From: Chiloscyllium plagiosum
Taxonomy: Eukaryota
DNA: 64,000 nt
Assembly (NCBI RefSeq): GCF_004010195.1
Contig: NC_057753.1
Location: forward strand, 1,576,023 to 1,640,022
Reading direction: 5' to 3'
This document shows, one piece after another, positions 1 through 12,722 of this stretch. The translations under genes and the position numbers were made by a program. The notes beneath the pieces were generated by a model. It was not told the DNA's origin and did not search any database. It saw only the letters and a list, made by a program, of their open reading frames with translations. How positions within the stretch are numbered: the stretch's first letter is position 1; each line of letters opens with the position of its first letter.

Positions 1-475
1 CTCTCTATCCGCAACTCCATCAATCATTGTATCATCTGCAAACCTACTAATGAGACAGTTACATTTTCCTTCAAATCATTGGTGTAGAACACGAACAGCA
101 GAGGTGCCAGCATTGATCCCTGTTGTACACCACTCGTCACAATCCTCCGTTCCGCAAAGCGTCCTTCCTTTGCTACCCACTGTGTCCAACGACAAAGCCA
201 ACTCTATATCCATCTTACCAGCTCACCCGTGATATCATGGAACTTCACCTTTTTGTACCAGGCTGCCACGAGGGAACTTGTGAAAGGCGTTGCTGAAGTC
301 CAGGTAGACAACATCAACTATTTCTCCATCATCAGCCATATTCGTTGCCTCCTCAAAAAACTCGCTGAATTCAGTGAGGCACGACCTTCCGTGCACGAAA
401 CCATTCTGTCTATCGCTAATACGCCCCTTTGCTTCTAAAAGCGTGTAGGTATTATTCATGAGAATCTTTTCCAAA
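1..475 (-). mobile_element. CR1-clade LINE, degenerate reverse-transcriptase fragment
   Basis: ORF 235-474 reads QNGFVHGRSCLTEFSEFFEE...VDVVYLDFSNAFHKFPRGSLVQK, the typical CR1 ORF2 'GF..GRSCLTNL..FFE...D.VYLDF.KAFD' segment. Confidence 0.85.
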
Positions 476-479
476 TCAG

Positions 480-897
480 ATCTCTACCATTGGGATAATC
501 TGGGACGTTTTTCCCTGAAATGTAGGTGCTTGAGGCATGACCTTGTAGACGTGTATAAAATCATGAGGTGCGTAGGTAAGGTAAACAATAGAGCTCTTTT
601 CCTGAATATGAGGGAGTTCAAAGCTGGGGAGGTTGTTTTTATTGCGAGATGAGAAAGATTTTAAAAGGACATGAGCGGCAGTATTTTTACAGAGAGTGTG
701 TGGAATGAACTGCCAAAGGAAGTGGTGGATGCAGGTTCAGTTATAACTTCTACAACAATTGGATAGGTGCATAGGAAATGTTTGGACGGATTTGGGAATA
801 ACGCAGGCAGGTGGAATTAGCTTAGTTTGGGAACATGATCAGTGTGGCCTAGTTGAACTGAAGGGCTTGTTTCCATGCTGTATGATTCTTTGTGACA
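480..897 (+). mobile_element. CR1/HER1-type LINE 3' end, degenerate
   Basis: LGRFSLKCRCLRHDLVDVYKIMR motif, and a 3' UTR shared with the other CR1 3' ends in the window. Confidence 0.8.
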
Positions 898-2159
898 AAG
901 GGCAAACGTTTGCACGTACCAGCATCCGTACTTCCAGTTGGTAGAAATCAGTTTGGTTAAGACAGAAATTCTCCAGTGTGTTTGTAAATTCGGAGAGGAG
1001 CAAAAAGGCTGTTAGTCTGAAGCAAACATTGACTGAGCTTTAAGTTTTGCATGTCTTTTTGGAAGTGCAGTATACATACTGTATGAAAGACCGAATTGAC
1101 AACGTTTATGACATTCCCCGTGAAAGAAACTCTTACATTCCACTATCACGCTGAAATTCCACCACAATTAACTAGATGAGAAAGAATGTGGTACCTGAGT
1201 CACTTCCATTTCTTTTGTTGTTGAATTAAGGAGAAAGAAGGTGTTTCACCAGAGCCGCATATGCCTCACTTTATTAGCCTCCCTGTTTAGATTTTCCTGC
1301 TGGTCTATTATAGAAAGAAACAAAAAGGATTCAAAGTGATTTAGTAGCTTTTCTGTCATTTTCACAGTTTCAGTTAAAGTTTCGCTTAAGTCTATCTTTT
1401 GGAGCACACATCAATTTCAGTGACTCCATAAGAGACCTAAACACTCGGTTGATCTGCTTTGTAAATCTGTTCAATCCTGTTTTTGACTGGATGAGCTACT
1501 AATGGGTCCGGCCGCTTTAAAACGCAAATGTATTGCATTTGAAGATGAATGCAGCTCCATTTCAAATCATTGTTTAAAGTGAGCAACTAAATTTGAGGAA
1601 AGATGTACAGTTCAAGCTTTTTTTTTTAGTATACTTTAACTGAATGTACTTTCATACAGACGCATGGCATTTGTTTCTCATTGTGTGTCAAAAGGCATTC
1701 AGGTGATCTATTTTTGGCTTTTTGATCTGTTGGGAAAATTAATGTTGGGCGTGGAGATCCCCAATCACTAAATTATATGTTGAATAAGATCGAAGGTCTA
1801 TTGCTTACTCATGAGGTCTATTGCTGCGCCTTGTCTCATGCTATACTGTTGTATCAATGCCCGTGGCAGCCATCATTTATTAGACTTATTTTATTAGTTC
1901 ACAGGACGGTCCCGGGCTCAGTCAGGTTTTGTAGCCCATTTAAAAGCAATTGCTGTGCGTTTGGAGTCACTTGTAGAACAGACCAAGTAAAAACAGCAGT
2001 TAACGTCCCAGAAGGATATGAATGAATAGGCTTTCCCCCCCCGACAAATATTTCATGGTTATCTTCAACTCTTAATTCCAGGTTTGTTATGAAATTGAAA
2101 TACCAACAACCGCCATGGGAGGACTTGAACGAGGAACCCGAGAACATCGTCTGGGTCTC

Positions 2160-2567
2160 TGCAAATTGCAACACTACTTTGGAATGTTTTCACTCGTAGG
2201 CTGTAACAACGATGTCTCCCAGAGTTTAAGGCGATGGACGTCTAATCTCGTATGCTATGCACGCGTTGGCTGAAGTCACACTCTCATCGCCATTTCAGTA
2301 AATGTTAAATTCCATATACTTGCGGTCAGCTTGTTGGAATTTTGTAAGATTTGGAAGCGTCTTTGCAAATTGCAACACTACTTTGGAATGTTTTCACTCG
2401 TAGGCTGTAACAACGATGTCTCCCAGAGTTTAAGGCGATGGACGTCTAATCTAGTATGCTATGCACGCGTTGGTTGAAGTCACACTCTCATCGCCATTTC
2501 AGTAAATGTTAAATTCCATATACTTGTGGTCAGCTTGTTGGAATTTTGTAAGATTTGGAAGCGTCTT
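2160..2567. repeat. 204-bp direct tandem duplication (2160-2363 / 2364-2567)
   Basis: Both copies start TGCAAATTGCAACACTACTTTGG and end GGAAGCGTCTT; I see 3 substitutions between them. Confidence 0.95.
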
Positions 2568-2799
2568 ATTGCCAATTTATCACAAAGGAGCGCGTATAGT
2601 TCGGTGAAAAATAAAATGTGGAATGTGGATTCAATTACAATAATGGAAAGGAACGAGAAATTCCCTCTTTCCCTTCCTTCTATCATTACCTACTGTGTTA
2701 TTGAATGCAATGCAAAATAAACAAGCACGACAAGGAACGAGAGAGCAGAAGCATGCATTTATCATATGTTTTTTTTTTGCCTTTTTATCATGGTCGAGA

Positions 2800-3100
2800 T
2801 GAGTGAGTAATTCGATTTCTGCAGTGTCGGGACTACTGTGTGGAATCAGGGCCATACTAGCGCTTCAAGGAGCATCCCACCCAGATCATCTCTCTGACTC
2901 AATCCTGTTACCATGCATTTTCCATGATCAATCCAGTTAATCTGCACTTATTCTGACTGTGGGAGGAAGCCGGAACACCCGGATGAACTCCATACGGACA
3001 TGGGGTGAACATGAAAACTTCGTGTAGACAATCTGCTGAAGTAAAAATCGAGCCCAGACCCCTGGCACTGTGAGGCAGCAGTGCTCATTTCTGTGTCCCT
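2800..3100 (-). mobile_element. HE1-like tRNA-derived SINE, degenerate
   Basis: Reverse-complement similarity to the SINEs at 3848 and 30623 (GGGAGGAAGCCGGAACACCCGGA...CCTGGCACTGTGAGGCAGCAGTGCT). Confidence 0.7.
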
Positions 3101-3847
3101 CCTCTGAGGTTTCAATCATTCTGCTGAGAAGCCAGTGAAATCAGAAGAATGACAGTGATTAGCTTTCACTGTTAATCACATTCAGAACTGAATAACATTC
3201 ATCCCGTCGGTTGGGATTGATTTTAACTTATAACTGGGATAGAATATAATATTTTGGCAATTGTTTTTTTGCATTTTATAATCGACCTACAAATGAAGTG
3301 TCTTCCTTCAGGTTTCTCAAGCTTTTATGAGATGAAAATAAACAATGATTCCTTTGTATTTTCTGCATTTTAATTACTGATAATGGTTTCGATTCTACTT
3401 TTAGAATTGGAAACACAGGTTGGGTGATAACTTGGTGGAACAATATAAGATTCAGTGTGCAAAATGGATTCTGGGATTCTGGTCATTGATCTTTTTAATT
3501 TTTTGCCTCAATCCCACTCTGATCGTGGCCTCCTGCAATGCTCCAAGCAAACCGAAAGGGAACTGAATGAGCAGCTTTCAATTTCAGCACATTCCAAACT
3601 CCAGACTGACCATGAAATGCAGAACTTCCTGCACCACTGGCTGTTGTCGGGACTTAGAACACTTACACCGAAGAGCTGCTTGAATCTGATTGAGTGTTGA
3701 GATTGTGTCTGCTCATCATTCATTTCCCGCTCAGTAAAAATAGTGCCTGTCGCACTCTCCTATCGGTTACCAATCAATCTCAAAATCCTTGATCAAAATC
3801 ACCACTTAATTTTTGAATTTTGCAGAATGCCACCATTAGAGCATAAA

Positions 3848-4203
3848 GGGGCGGCACAGGGTCTCAGTGGTTAGCAGGGCTGCTGCACAGCGCCAGGGAA
3901 CATGGTTAGCTTCAAGTCTCAGCTGACTGTATGGAGTTTGTACGTTCTCCTGAGTCTGCATGCATTTCCTCCAGGCGCTCCAGTTATTTCCCACATTCCA
4001 AAGAAGTGTAGGTTAGGTGAGTTGGCCATGTTAAATTGCCCATAGTGAGGAGGGATGTGAATGGAAATACATTAGTTAGGGGAAATGCAGGGAAATAGAG
4101 TAGGATAATGGGACTTGGTGGGGTCAGCTTCGGAGGGTCAGTGTGCAGTTTTTGGGCCAAATGGCCTCCTTCCACATTGTAGGGATTCTATGATTCTATG
4201 ACT
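3848..4203 (+). mobile_element. HE1-like shark SINE
   Basis: tRNA-like head GGGCGGCACAGGGTCTCAGTGGTTAGC (A-box-like), GGAGTTTGTACGTTCTCC body, and a CR1-like tail ending in TTCTATGA-type repeats. Confidence 0.85.
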
Positions 4204-5977
4204 GGCATGGTGATGTATTTTAGCAGAATGGATAGAGAGATGTAACATTTCATTAGTGAGACAGCCACAAAGTGCACGAAGGGATTACATGACTTCCATT
4301 TCATGTGTCTTTGAAGGTAGTGGGATATATTCATATTCAGCAAAGCAAATTGGATCTCAAGCTTTATAAATATTGATATTGACAACAAAACGGCAGCAAG
4401 AAATGTTGCACAATTATAAAGTTCTAATTAGGGTACAATGCTAGCTCTGTGTGCTCTTCTGTGCACCAGTGTTTAGAAAGATAGTGAAGGCTGTTGGGAA
4501 CATGCAGAGGTGATTTATCTAAATTAATTCAGCAAAGCAGGTTAAGAAAAGATTTGAATGATTTACAAGATTTACAAAAGGTTTAAATTAGATAGAAAAA
4601 AACTATGCATTCCCATTAGTTTATTGCACAGAGACTAGCGACAGGTTGACGTTTCTGAGCAAGAAGTAGAGGGCAATGTAAGAAGAGCGTTTTCACACAA
4701 TTGATGGCGATATTCTGGAACCTGGTGCCTCTGATGGTGCCCGGAAAGGAACACAGTGATTGATTTCAAAACGACATTGAATCAGCATTTGCGAGAATGA
4801 CTTTGCAAGCATAGAACTTTGGAATGGGTGTGACTGGAGTGTTGAAGACAGCAAGCATGGAGTCAATAAGCTATTGCTTAAGGACTCTGACTCTTTGGTG
4901 TAATCTCCCACTGTATTCTAAGCTTTGGAATTCAGTTGTCACTCATTCCAAGACTATTGGATCATTCATGTGGGTGCAGTCCAGAATTAAATGCAACTCT
5001 GTAAGCTTAATGTAATCACAGTTTGGTTACCTGGGTGCACTGCTACTCTCATTGATAGCTAAAGTCTTCTCCCACCAAAAGAACAGACGAACATTAACCC
5101 TTCCACATTTGGATTCTCATCTTATTCAGGCCCCAGTGAATCGAATGCCTGTTTCAGATCTCGATGTAATTTGATTTGAGCTTGCTGTCTATCAATCCTT
5201 TGCTTTCACTGCCCTATAATTTAAAAAAAATCCACAACTCACGGTTCGGCACAGAACTCAGAAGAGAAAAAAATATTTGTGTTGACATGAGTTTGCTGAG
5301 TATAAATCCTCGCCATCTGACCTTTTGACAAAGGGAGGTCACGCACGTGCCCTGCTGTACCTTTCCCCGCATTATGTTCATATATCTCGCGGGATATTAT
5401 TCCGCGTAACGATGACGGCAGTAAACTGAGTGCTACTGAAGAGAAAGAATCAGTGATTATGGGCCGTTCGCTGGAAGAATGGGATCTGTAATTTCGAACT
5501 CGGATGTGATGGTGCTCTCGGTCTTTATGAAGATTCCCTGCTCACTTTGCTGATTTCCCGCCCACTCAGTTTCTCACTACCTTACTCATTAAACTTTTCA
5601 TGATACTAACATGAGTACATGGTGACAATAATGCTAATTCTAATTCATGAGTAAGCTTCCTTGCTCAGGAAGGACATTGGCACAGCTGTGAGTAGGTATT
5701 TCAGGGAATTTGGAGGCACTGTGGAAGTTCAATGTGGAGGGCTTGGTTTTTAAGCTCATAGCTTACAAAGTTTCTAAACGGAATAAATTGACGCCTCAGA
5801 GTCTCAGCATAAAAGAGTGACGTCAATGCTAACTCATCATTTCACTGTCTGTTGACGGCTACTAATTTGATTATGTAGTAAAAGTTATTTTCAGATTGAA
5901 GGTATGTCACTGAAATATTTGAGGATCTGTATGAAATCTCCAAAAATGAATATAAGGAATAAATAATTAAAAGAGAA

Positions 5978-6500
5978 ATGCCAGGTCGGGTGATATGTTG
6001 CAACTGCATGACATTGGAACCAATGGATACCATCTAGTTAATAGTGACCATTGCTGATACAAGTAAAACCAAAACAATGACGTTGCGGTTAATGAGACAA
6101 AAAATGCTGGAAAAGCTCATCAGGTCTGGCAGCATTTGATGTTAATGAGACAAAAACAAATTGCTGGAAAAGCTCACCAGGTCTGGCAGCATTTGTGGAG
6201 GGTTAATGTTTCCTTGGGGAGACGGTCACTGGACCGAAATGTTTAGTTTGATTTCTCTGCACAGCTGCTGCCAGATGTGCTGGATTCTGTACCAAGTCTT
6301 GATTGCTTGTGTCATTCTGTCTCAGAATTGATGAGCTGGAGTCGAAGCACTGAACACTGTGACGTATCAACGGCATGGAGAGTTTTCTGGTTACTGAGCT
6401 TCATGTGGTCGTCATACTCCTGAGATTAATTACCTTGAACTTAATCAGGGTATGTTTATCAACGAGGCAGGTAGAGGGATCCGGGGGTGGTGCTGAAAGA
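5978..6500 (+). mobile_element. CR1 ORF1 5' remnant, interrupted by a Penelope-type short repeat (~6088-6290)
   Basis: ATGCCAGGTCGGGTGATATGTTGCAACTGCATG encodes MPGRVICCNCM, a CxxC N-terminus like CR1 ORF1. Paralogous copies lie at ~33208, ~41286 and ~50113. Confidence 0.55.
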
Positions 6501-7044
6501 AAGAAAACCCATGTGTTTCTCCATTAGTATGGGGCCTAAAATTCCTCTTGTGACGAGCTCCACATTTTCAACACTCTCAGGCGAATAAACACAGGTGCTG
6601 TCAAACTGATATAAACCATGCTGGAAAATTCAGTCAATTTCTGTGTAGAAACATACTGGATATTATGTCAACCTGATAAAAAAAATTCTGGAGCATACAT
6701 CCAACTTGTGTAGAAGGAGAAACATATTTTACATGAATTGAGACCACCTTTTCAGTACACAGAACTGAAACGTTTACTCTGTATCTCATTCACAGATATT
6801 GTGAGTCGTATTTGCCAGTGTAAATGCTGAAAAGATGCTTACAGAGACCCCAGAACTCTGAAGACACTGTTTAAATATAAGGAGATTCCCTCTTAATTTA
6901 TGGACGAAAGAAATAAAGTGGAGGGAGAATCATTGAATAGTTGCTTATGGTACAGTTTGATATTTTCCTGATTAACAAGGGAGTCAATAATTGTTGTGAC
7001 AGTATGAATATGAAGTCAATGTTCTAGTCAGGTCAGTCGTGATC

Positions 7045-7930
7045 TTAGAGTCATAGAGTAGTATAGAACCGAGTCAGATCTTCAGGTCCAACTCGTCCAT
7101 GCTTATCAGATATCCTAAATTAATTTAATCCCAATTACTGCCATTTGGCCTATGTCTATCGAAAAACTGTACCCATTCAGATATCTCTTAAATGTTGTAA
7201 TTGTACCAGTCTACATAATTTCCTTTTGCAGCTTGGTCCACACAAACGCCATGGCCTGCGTGAAATAGTTTTAGATTAGATTACTTACAATGTGGAAACA
7301 GGCCCTTCGGCCCAATAAGTCCACATCAACCCGCCGAAGCGCAACCCACCCAGACCCATTCCCCTGCATTTTACCCCTTCACCTAACACTACGGGCAATT
7401 TAGCATGGCCAATTCACCTAACCTGCACATTTTTTGGATTGTAGGAGGAAACCGGAGCACCCGGAGGAAACCCACGCAGACACAGGGAGAATGTGCAAAC
7501 TCCACACAGAGAGTCGCCTGAGGTGGGAATTGAACCCGGGTCTCTGGCGCTGTGAGGCAACAGTGCTAACCACTGTGCCACCATGCCAGCCTTAAGTTGC
7601 TCTTAAGTCCCTTTTAAATCTTTCCCCCTCACTTTAAATCCATGCCTTCTAATTTTTCTCTCGCCGACCCAGGGAAAAGGACCTGAGCTATTTATACTCT
7701 CTATGCTTCTCAAGATATGATACCTCTTTATAAGATTACCAGTCAGGGTCCAATGCTCCAGGGAAAATAGCTACAGCCTATTCAACCTCTCCAGATAAGC
7801 TTAAACCCTTCAAACTCAGCAACATCCTTGCAAATCTTTTGTGAACTCTTCCTAGTATCCTTCTGAAAGCAGACAGACCAGAAATGAGCACAGTATTCGA
7901 AAACTAGCCAAGCCAATCTTGTTGAATACC
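7045..7930 (-). mobile_element. CR1/HER1 LINE 3' end with a nested SINE
   Basis: Begins with the TAGAGTCATAGAG tail in reverse and resumes after the SINE at ~7592. Confidence 0.8.
7272..7590 (-). mobile_element. HE1-like SINE, young and near full length
   Basis: Near-identical reverse complement of 30623-30903, with TAGATTAGATT tail and head CAGTGCTAACCACTGTGCCACC. Confidence 0.9.
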
Positions 7931-7974
7931 TGAACACCCTCAAAAAGCAGAGTGGTTGGAGTTCTTGATCTCTG

Positions 7975-8390
7975 AGTTGCTGAGTTGCTTCATTTTTTGC
8001 AAGCATTTCGTCCCCTCTACTGGGTGATGTCTTCAGTGCTGTGTAGCCTCCAGATGGAGCACTGCTGTTGTGATCTGTCATATAGTGTTCCGTCTGTCAT
8101 GGCGGTGGTTCTATCTTCGGTTTTATACTGTATTGGGGAGTGGTCTGTAGATGCGATCTATTTCAACATGTTTGTTTATTATGCCAGTAGATGAATACAT
8201 GGTTTTCCAGGAATTCCCGAACTTATTTTTTTCCCCTCTGTCCCAAGGTCGTAACATTGGCCCAGCTGAATTGGTGTCACTCTGTCTTAACATGAGGAAG
8301 CCCGTTTGTCCTGTGAAATGTGTCTTGCACTTGCTCTGTGGTATTTTGTTGATACATGAGCACCATTCAAACAATGCTTGTATATGGTGG
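7975..8390 (-). mobile_element. Penelope-like element, GIY-YIG endonuclease C-terminus and 3' region, degenerate
   Basis: Minus frame INKIPQSKCKTHFTGQTG...INKHVEIDRIYRPL resembles the Penelope 'YKIPC..C...YIGQTGR ... INKH.DLDPIY.PL' segment. It is followed by a CTGAAGA...GAAA hammerhead-like remnant at ~8005-8040. Confidence 0.75.
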
Positions 8391-11274
8391 ATGGTGGTCC
8401 AGAGATAGGCATATTAAATCCTTCATTCTGCCTCTCTCACCACTCAATTTTCTTTATTCCCTTCTTTGCAAGCGCTGACTGGTTCCCTCTCCGAAATCAC
8501 ATTAGTGAAATAGTTTGCTTTTTAATGACAATCCAGCGGCTTTTATAGTCATTTTGATCCTTATATTATCACACATTACCAGATTCATTACTACGATTTC
8601 ACAATTAGACTGCGTTTGAGTGGATTCTCTGACATTGATTGTTTTCTTCTGTAATAATTCAGATTCAGAGCAAACCAGGGGGGTGGGTTTGCTGTCAGGA
8701 AACTGGTCATAATCGCTGTGGCAGAATCACTGGCATACTCTTACTTTCTTGCAAGATAATGTTAGAATGAACTGAAGGAAGCAGTGCAGGACCAGCACGA
8801 CCTGCAACCTCAATGTTGTATTTGGCGATAATACAGATCATCGTCGTGACATTTTGTGTCACTAAGAACGTTTGGAATCCTCCTAATGACTGATTTTATA
8901 CAAATCCCAGATCACTGATCATCATATTCTTTAAACGTGAGATTATATGCAAGATTGAGATGGCGAGACCAGACAAGCTTTGTTTGCGTCACATTTGACG
9001 GCTTGAACAGCTCTTGACCTTTTAATTCCATGTTCTTTTACGAGCAAGAGCTGGTACATTTCCAGGGACTGCTGAGCAAATTTCAGACGGGAAAGCAGAA
9101 GAATTCAAGAGCACAGCCCAATCAAGATGACGTGTGAATGAATGAACAAGTAATGGATAGACAATAAAGTTGAACTCAATTGCATTTTACTGTGAATTAT
9201 GTGATTTGAATGCGATCACTGTAAAATAGTTTAAACACGAGCATCGGGGGAAAATTTTTATCACTTTCTTGAACTGTTCCCTGAATTTAATCTAGGTCCC
9301 TGCACAAATAAATGGATCTATCAGGAATTGAAAAGCACAAGCTTAGATCAGGTTTCCTCACAAATAAGATTTGATTTGTTATAATTTGAAACTGTGAAAT
9401 AAATGATATTTGCAATTTGATCACAGAGGAACATCAACAGAACAAATAGACTTGACTGGAGGAAACTGCCCGAGATGGACAATGGACTGCCTCCGTTTTT
9501 CCACCTGTGGATCACTCTAGTTCTCTCCATTTCTTGATAGTGAGGAGATTGAGCAGCAAAATCGGAATGAATGGAAAACAAGAGTTGAAAATTACTATTA
9601 TCCAGTCAAATGCTGCGCAATAGGGTAAAGTTCCATATACTGATTTGAGGTTGCAATACCAAGGTACATTGTAAGCTATAAAGGAAGGCTCACAGGCGAA
9701 GTACAAGGCGATGATTCTAATAGAACTCAGGCAATTGGTATAACAATAGTTGCTGCTTTCTCAGTATAACAGTCCATTTTCAGATTCTGGCAACAAATGG
9801 CAATGAATCGATCAAAGTTGAAGGTGACATTTACCCAGGCAGAAGAATCCCTGACTTCATCAATTAACACAAGGCTCAAACTACAGCCTTGGGCGATGGA
9901 CAGGAATGCCACTGGGAAATAAATACGCACAACCCGGTTCAACATCACAGCTGTGACAATGACGAGGACATCTGTCACCACCATGGATACCTTGTAATAC
10001 ATGATGCATTTGTAAAGACCGAACCTTTCCCTTGACAGAATAATAATCATTAAATGGTTGGGTATAAAAAAAGACACAAAAGAGTGAACATGTGATATTG
10101 CCAGAGGTATATGTAGTCATAGAAAGACAAAATAAAAACAGACATTTGGTAATTCTGAAGTTTCTGGAAGATATTGCAAATGGCGAAAGAATCCCCACTT
10201 TGCACTATATTTCTTTTCACATGCAGAGAAAACTCTCTAATTGGAATCGAACTCTTAGTATTGTATATTAGTGGCAGTAGGGAAATATTCTCAATTTTAC
10301 AGACAGCGTTGACAGTGTTTGTTTTTGATTCCCTTGCAGGAAACCCATTCTTTTCTGCCCTTGGGCAATTTTTTCAGAGGAACAGAAACAAAAGTAGCCT
10401 GAAACATAGAAATTTATGAAGGAATATTTTTTTTTATCGATCAAGGAAATGTTCATAAAGGCATAGTCGAGATTGAATGTAAAGACATCCTAAGAATTTC
10501 ACATTAAAGCAGACATCCAGGAAGAGATCACTTAAAGAGAAATGAAAATTCACCTCTAAACTGAAAGCGTTCTGCGATCTGATAATGATTTTAAGCTAAA
10601 GCGTTTTGTGACATGCATCAAAGCAATAGAACAGATGAAGCCCGGGTATAGCTCCATTGGCAATGCCCTCTCTTTTGAATGCAATGACTCTGGCTTCAAT
10701 TCCTACTGCAAGGTTTCAGAATTGACCGAGTATTGCACTGCATAGGGTGTTGTATTTGTGCCAAATAGAAGATGTGAGGACTAATAGTTGAATAATAAAT
10801 CTACCTGAACTATCAAGAAGCTGCTGTTAAAATTCTGTCACAAGCAATAAGTCGTACCACATGGCAAAACTGAAGAAGTTGTGCAAATCATAAAAAATTG
10901 TAGATTTGGAGCGTAACAATTAATTGACCATTCTGGTGATCAAAACGCAATCGAAGTACAATTAAATAGTAATCACAATGAGATGATTTACGTGCAGTAA
11001 TAGAAAAAATATAACAGAACAGTATTTTTTGATTTCTCCCGAAAACAATAAACCAGAAAAAGGGGAGAAAATGATATAATTCAAGAAAAAAAACGGTGTA
11101 ATAACAATGTAAACAAACCATGCAAATGAGAAAGTACAATGGCAGCGTTGAAGTGGAGAAAATAAGATATAAATTCATTGACAACCTTTTGTTGGCAAAA
11201 TGGAACATTAATATATTTAAAAGGATCGTGAGAATTTTAATCCAGCGAAGGTGCAGTTGTTGTACTTTGACTGG

Positions 11275-11450
11275 ACAAAAGGGATGCTCTCTCGTTAGAG
11301 AGAAACCTTTTTTGATAGTTTAACCTGACGGTAACTATGCTTCAGGTGCGGTGAAACTTGAAAAGGACAGCACTTCATGGTAATCTCAGCCAGTGCAATG
11401 ATTGAACCAAACAAAACCTGCCATTCAGCCAACTGAGCTAACTGACCCCT
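11275..11450 (-). mobile_element. Old tRNA-derived SINE in the GPCR intron, predating the duplications
   Basis: Minus strand reads GGGGTCAGTTAGCTCAGTTGGCTG (A-box) ... GGTTCAATC (B-box-like). Decayed copies occur in the other introns at ~27160-27325 and ~56660-56830. Confidence 0.55.
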
Positions 11451-11654
11451 TAAACTGACACTGTGTATCCCAAAGAGACAATCCCATTGTGTGACTGAAT
11501 CTAAAAAAGGCTATGGGCACATTGGGACTGCAGTATTGGCAACTGAGAGAAGGGATAAACTGAGATAAAAAATTAAACGTATTAAAATCTCTCATAATTA
11601 AAAGCTACTGAATATCCTTTACGTTGAACAACGACAGCTGCTAGGATTGGAAGG

Positions 11655-12356
11655 TGTTACGTCACGGGGTAAACACTCCTGCTGAATTTAAAACCAGCAA
11701 CACAGAAAAGACTTATTCTGTGCAGTAATCTGTAAAAATCCGAGTGGCCAACAACTACTTAAAGAAAAAAATCACAACTTTATTCCTTAAAGTATAACGG
11801 AGAATAATTAACTAACCACTATTTACAATTTCTTTGTCTAACATATCGTTTAGATTCCCTTCTATAATTTTAGTCCAATAAAACTCCCAATTAAAATTTA
11901 CAAATCAACACTTCTTATTTCAAAACCAGGCAGCTGTCGGTTCTTGTCTTTGGATCTTCCTGTGTCTTTCTTTCCTCTTGTTAGGAAGTTCTACGTTACA
12001 GGTTACTGATCGAAAAGGTACTTTTAAGAGAGATGTTTTTGCAAGCAGTCTTCATGCTAGGTTCGGCAGTTCTCCACTCAACTGTTCAATTCTCCACCGG
12101 TCTTATACCCTAGATCATCAGATTGTGTCATTGGGTTTTAACATTATCAATATACTCAATTCAATCCTGATTGGAGTTTGATTTGTTTCAGGTATAATTT
12201 AAATTGATTGGCCGAATTTGAATTTGTTTCTGTCTCCAAGCCACTCAGCGAGTGCGATTTGTTCTTCAACAAAATGTAATTTTGTACATTCTCCAGCACT
12301 CAGTGTACTTGCCAAGTCTTTCGCTCTTGTAAAGGTACACCAACATCTTCATAACA
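11655..12356 (-). mobile_element. Solo LTR (702 bp) of a Gypsy-type element inserted in GPCR exon 1
   Basis: TGTTA...TAACA termini. Its reverse complement starts TGTTATGAAG and ends GTGTTTACCCCGTGACGTAACA, resembling the LTR at 19628-20352. Confidence 0.85.
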
Positions 12357-12722
12357 ATAATATGTAGCAGGCATGACCCCGTTTGTTAATCTATGCACTT
12401 CAGTCTCAAACTGCGATTGGGTTTGGTACAACATTTGGATGGCGCTCACATTTGTACCTGATGGCAGGTTACAGGTACAGAATCCGATACTATGGGCTTT
12501 TCCAATTATTACGCTAACTGAAGTAATTAATTTAGAAATGCTTCTTCCAGGCTTTTCACCTTTGCACGGCGTAGAACTTTATTCCTGGGCACTGGCAGTG
12601 CTCCAAATTGAAGTACTTTCAGGGTGTGGTCTGCTTGTTTAAAAAAAAAGACACAGGCAGTTGCAAATGTGCATAGAGTTGTTTTGCATGAAGTATCCTT
12701 GCCTGTGACGAAATATCTCTGA

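Larger units (their letters stand above)
9216..12398 (-). pseudogene. GPR139-like class A GPCR pseudogene (exon 2 ~9216-10061; exon 1 split 11623-11654 and 12357-12398)
   Basis: Fragments in three frames (VRDSSAWVNVTFNFDRFIAICCQ; YNVPWYCNLKS; ISGSFLQSSLF) align to the intact paralogues. Defects: stop at 9727, frameshifts, acceptor AG>AC at 10062-10063, start ATG>GTG at 12396-12398, and an LTR inside exon 1. Confidence 0.92.

Noticed and set aside
3848..3920. tRNA-like A/B boxes (also at 7530-7590, 11400-11450 and 30640)
   Set aside because: These are SINE heads with no complete cloverleaf, so they are not called tRNA genes.
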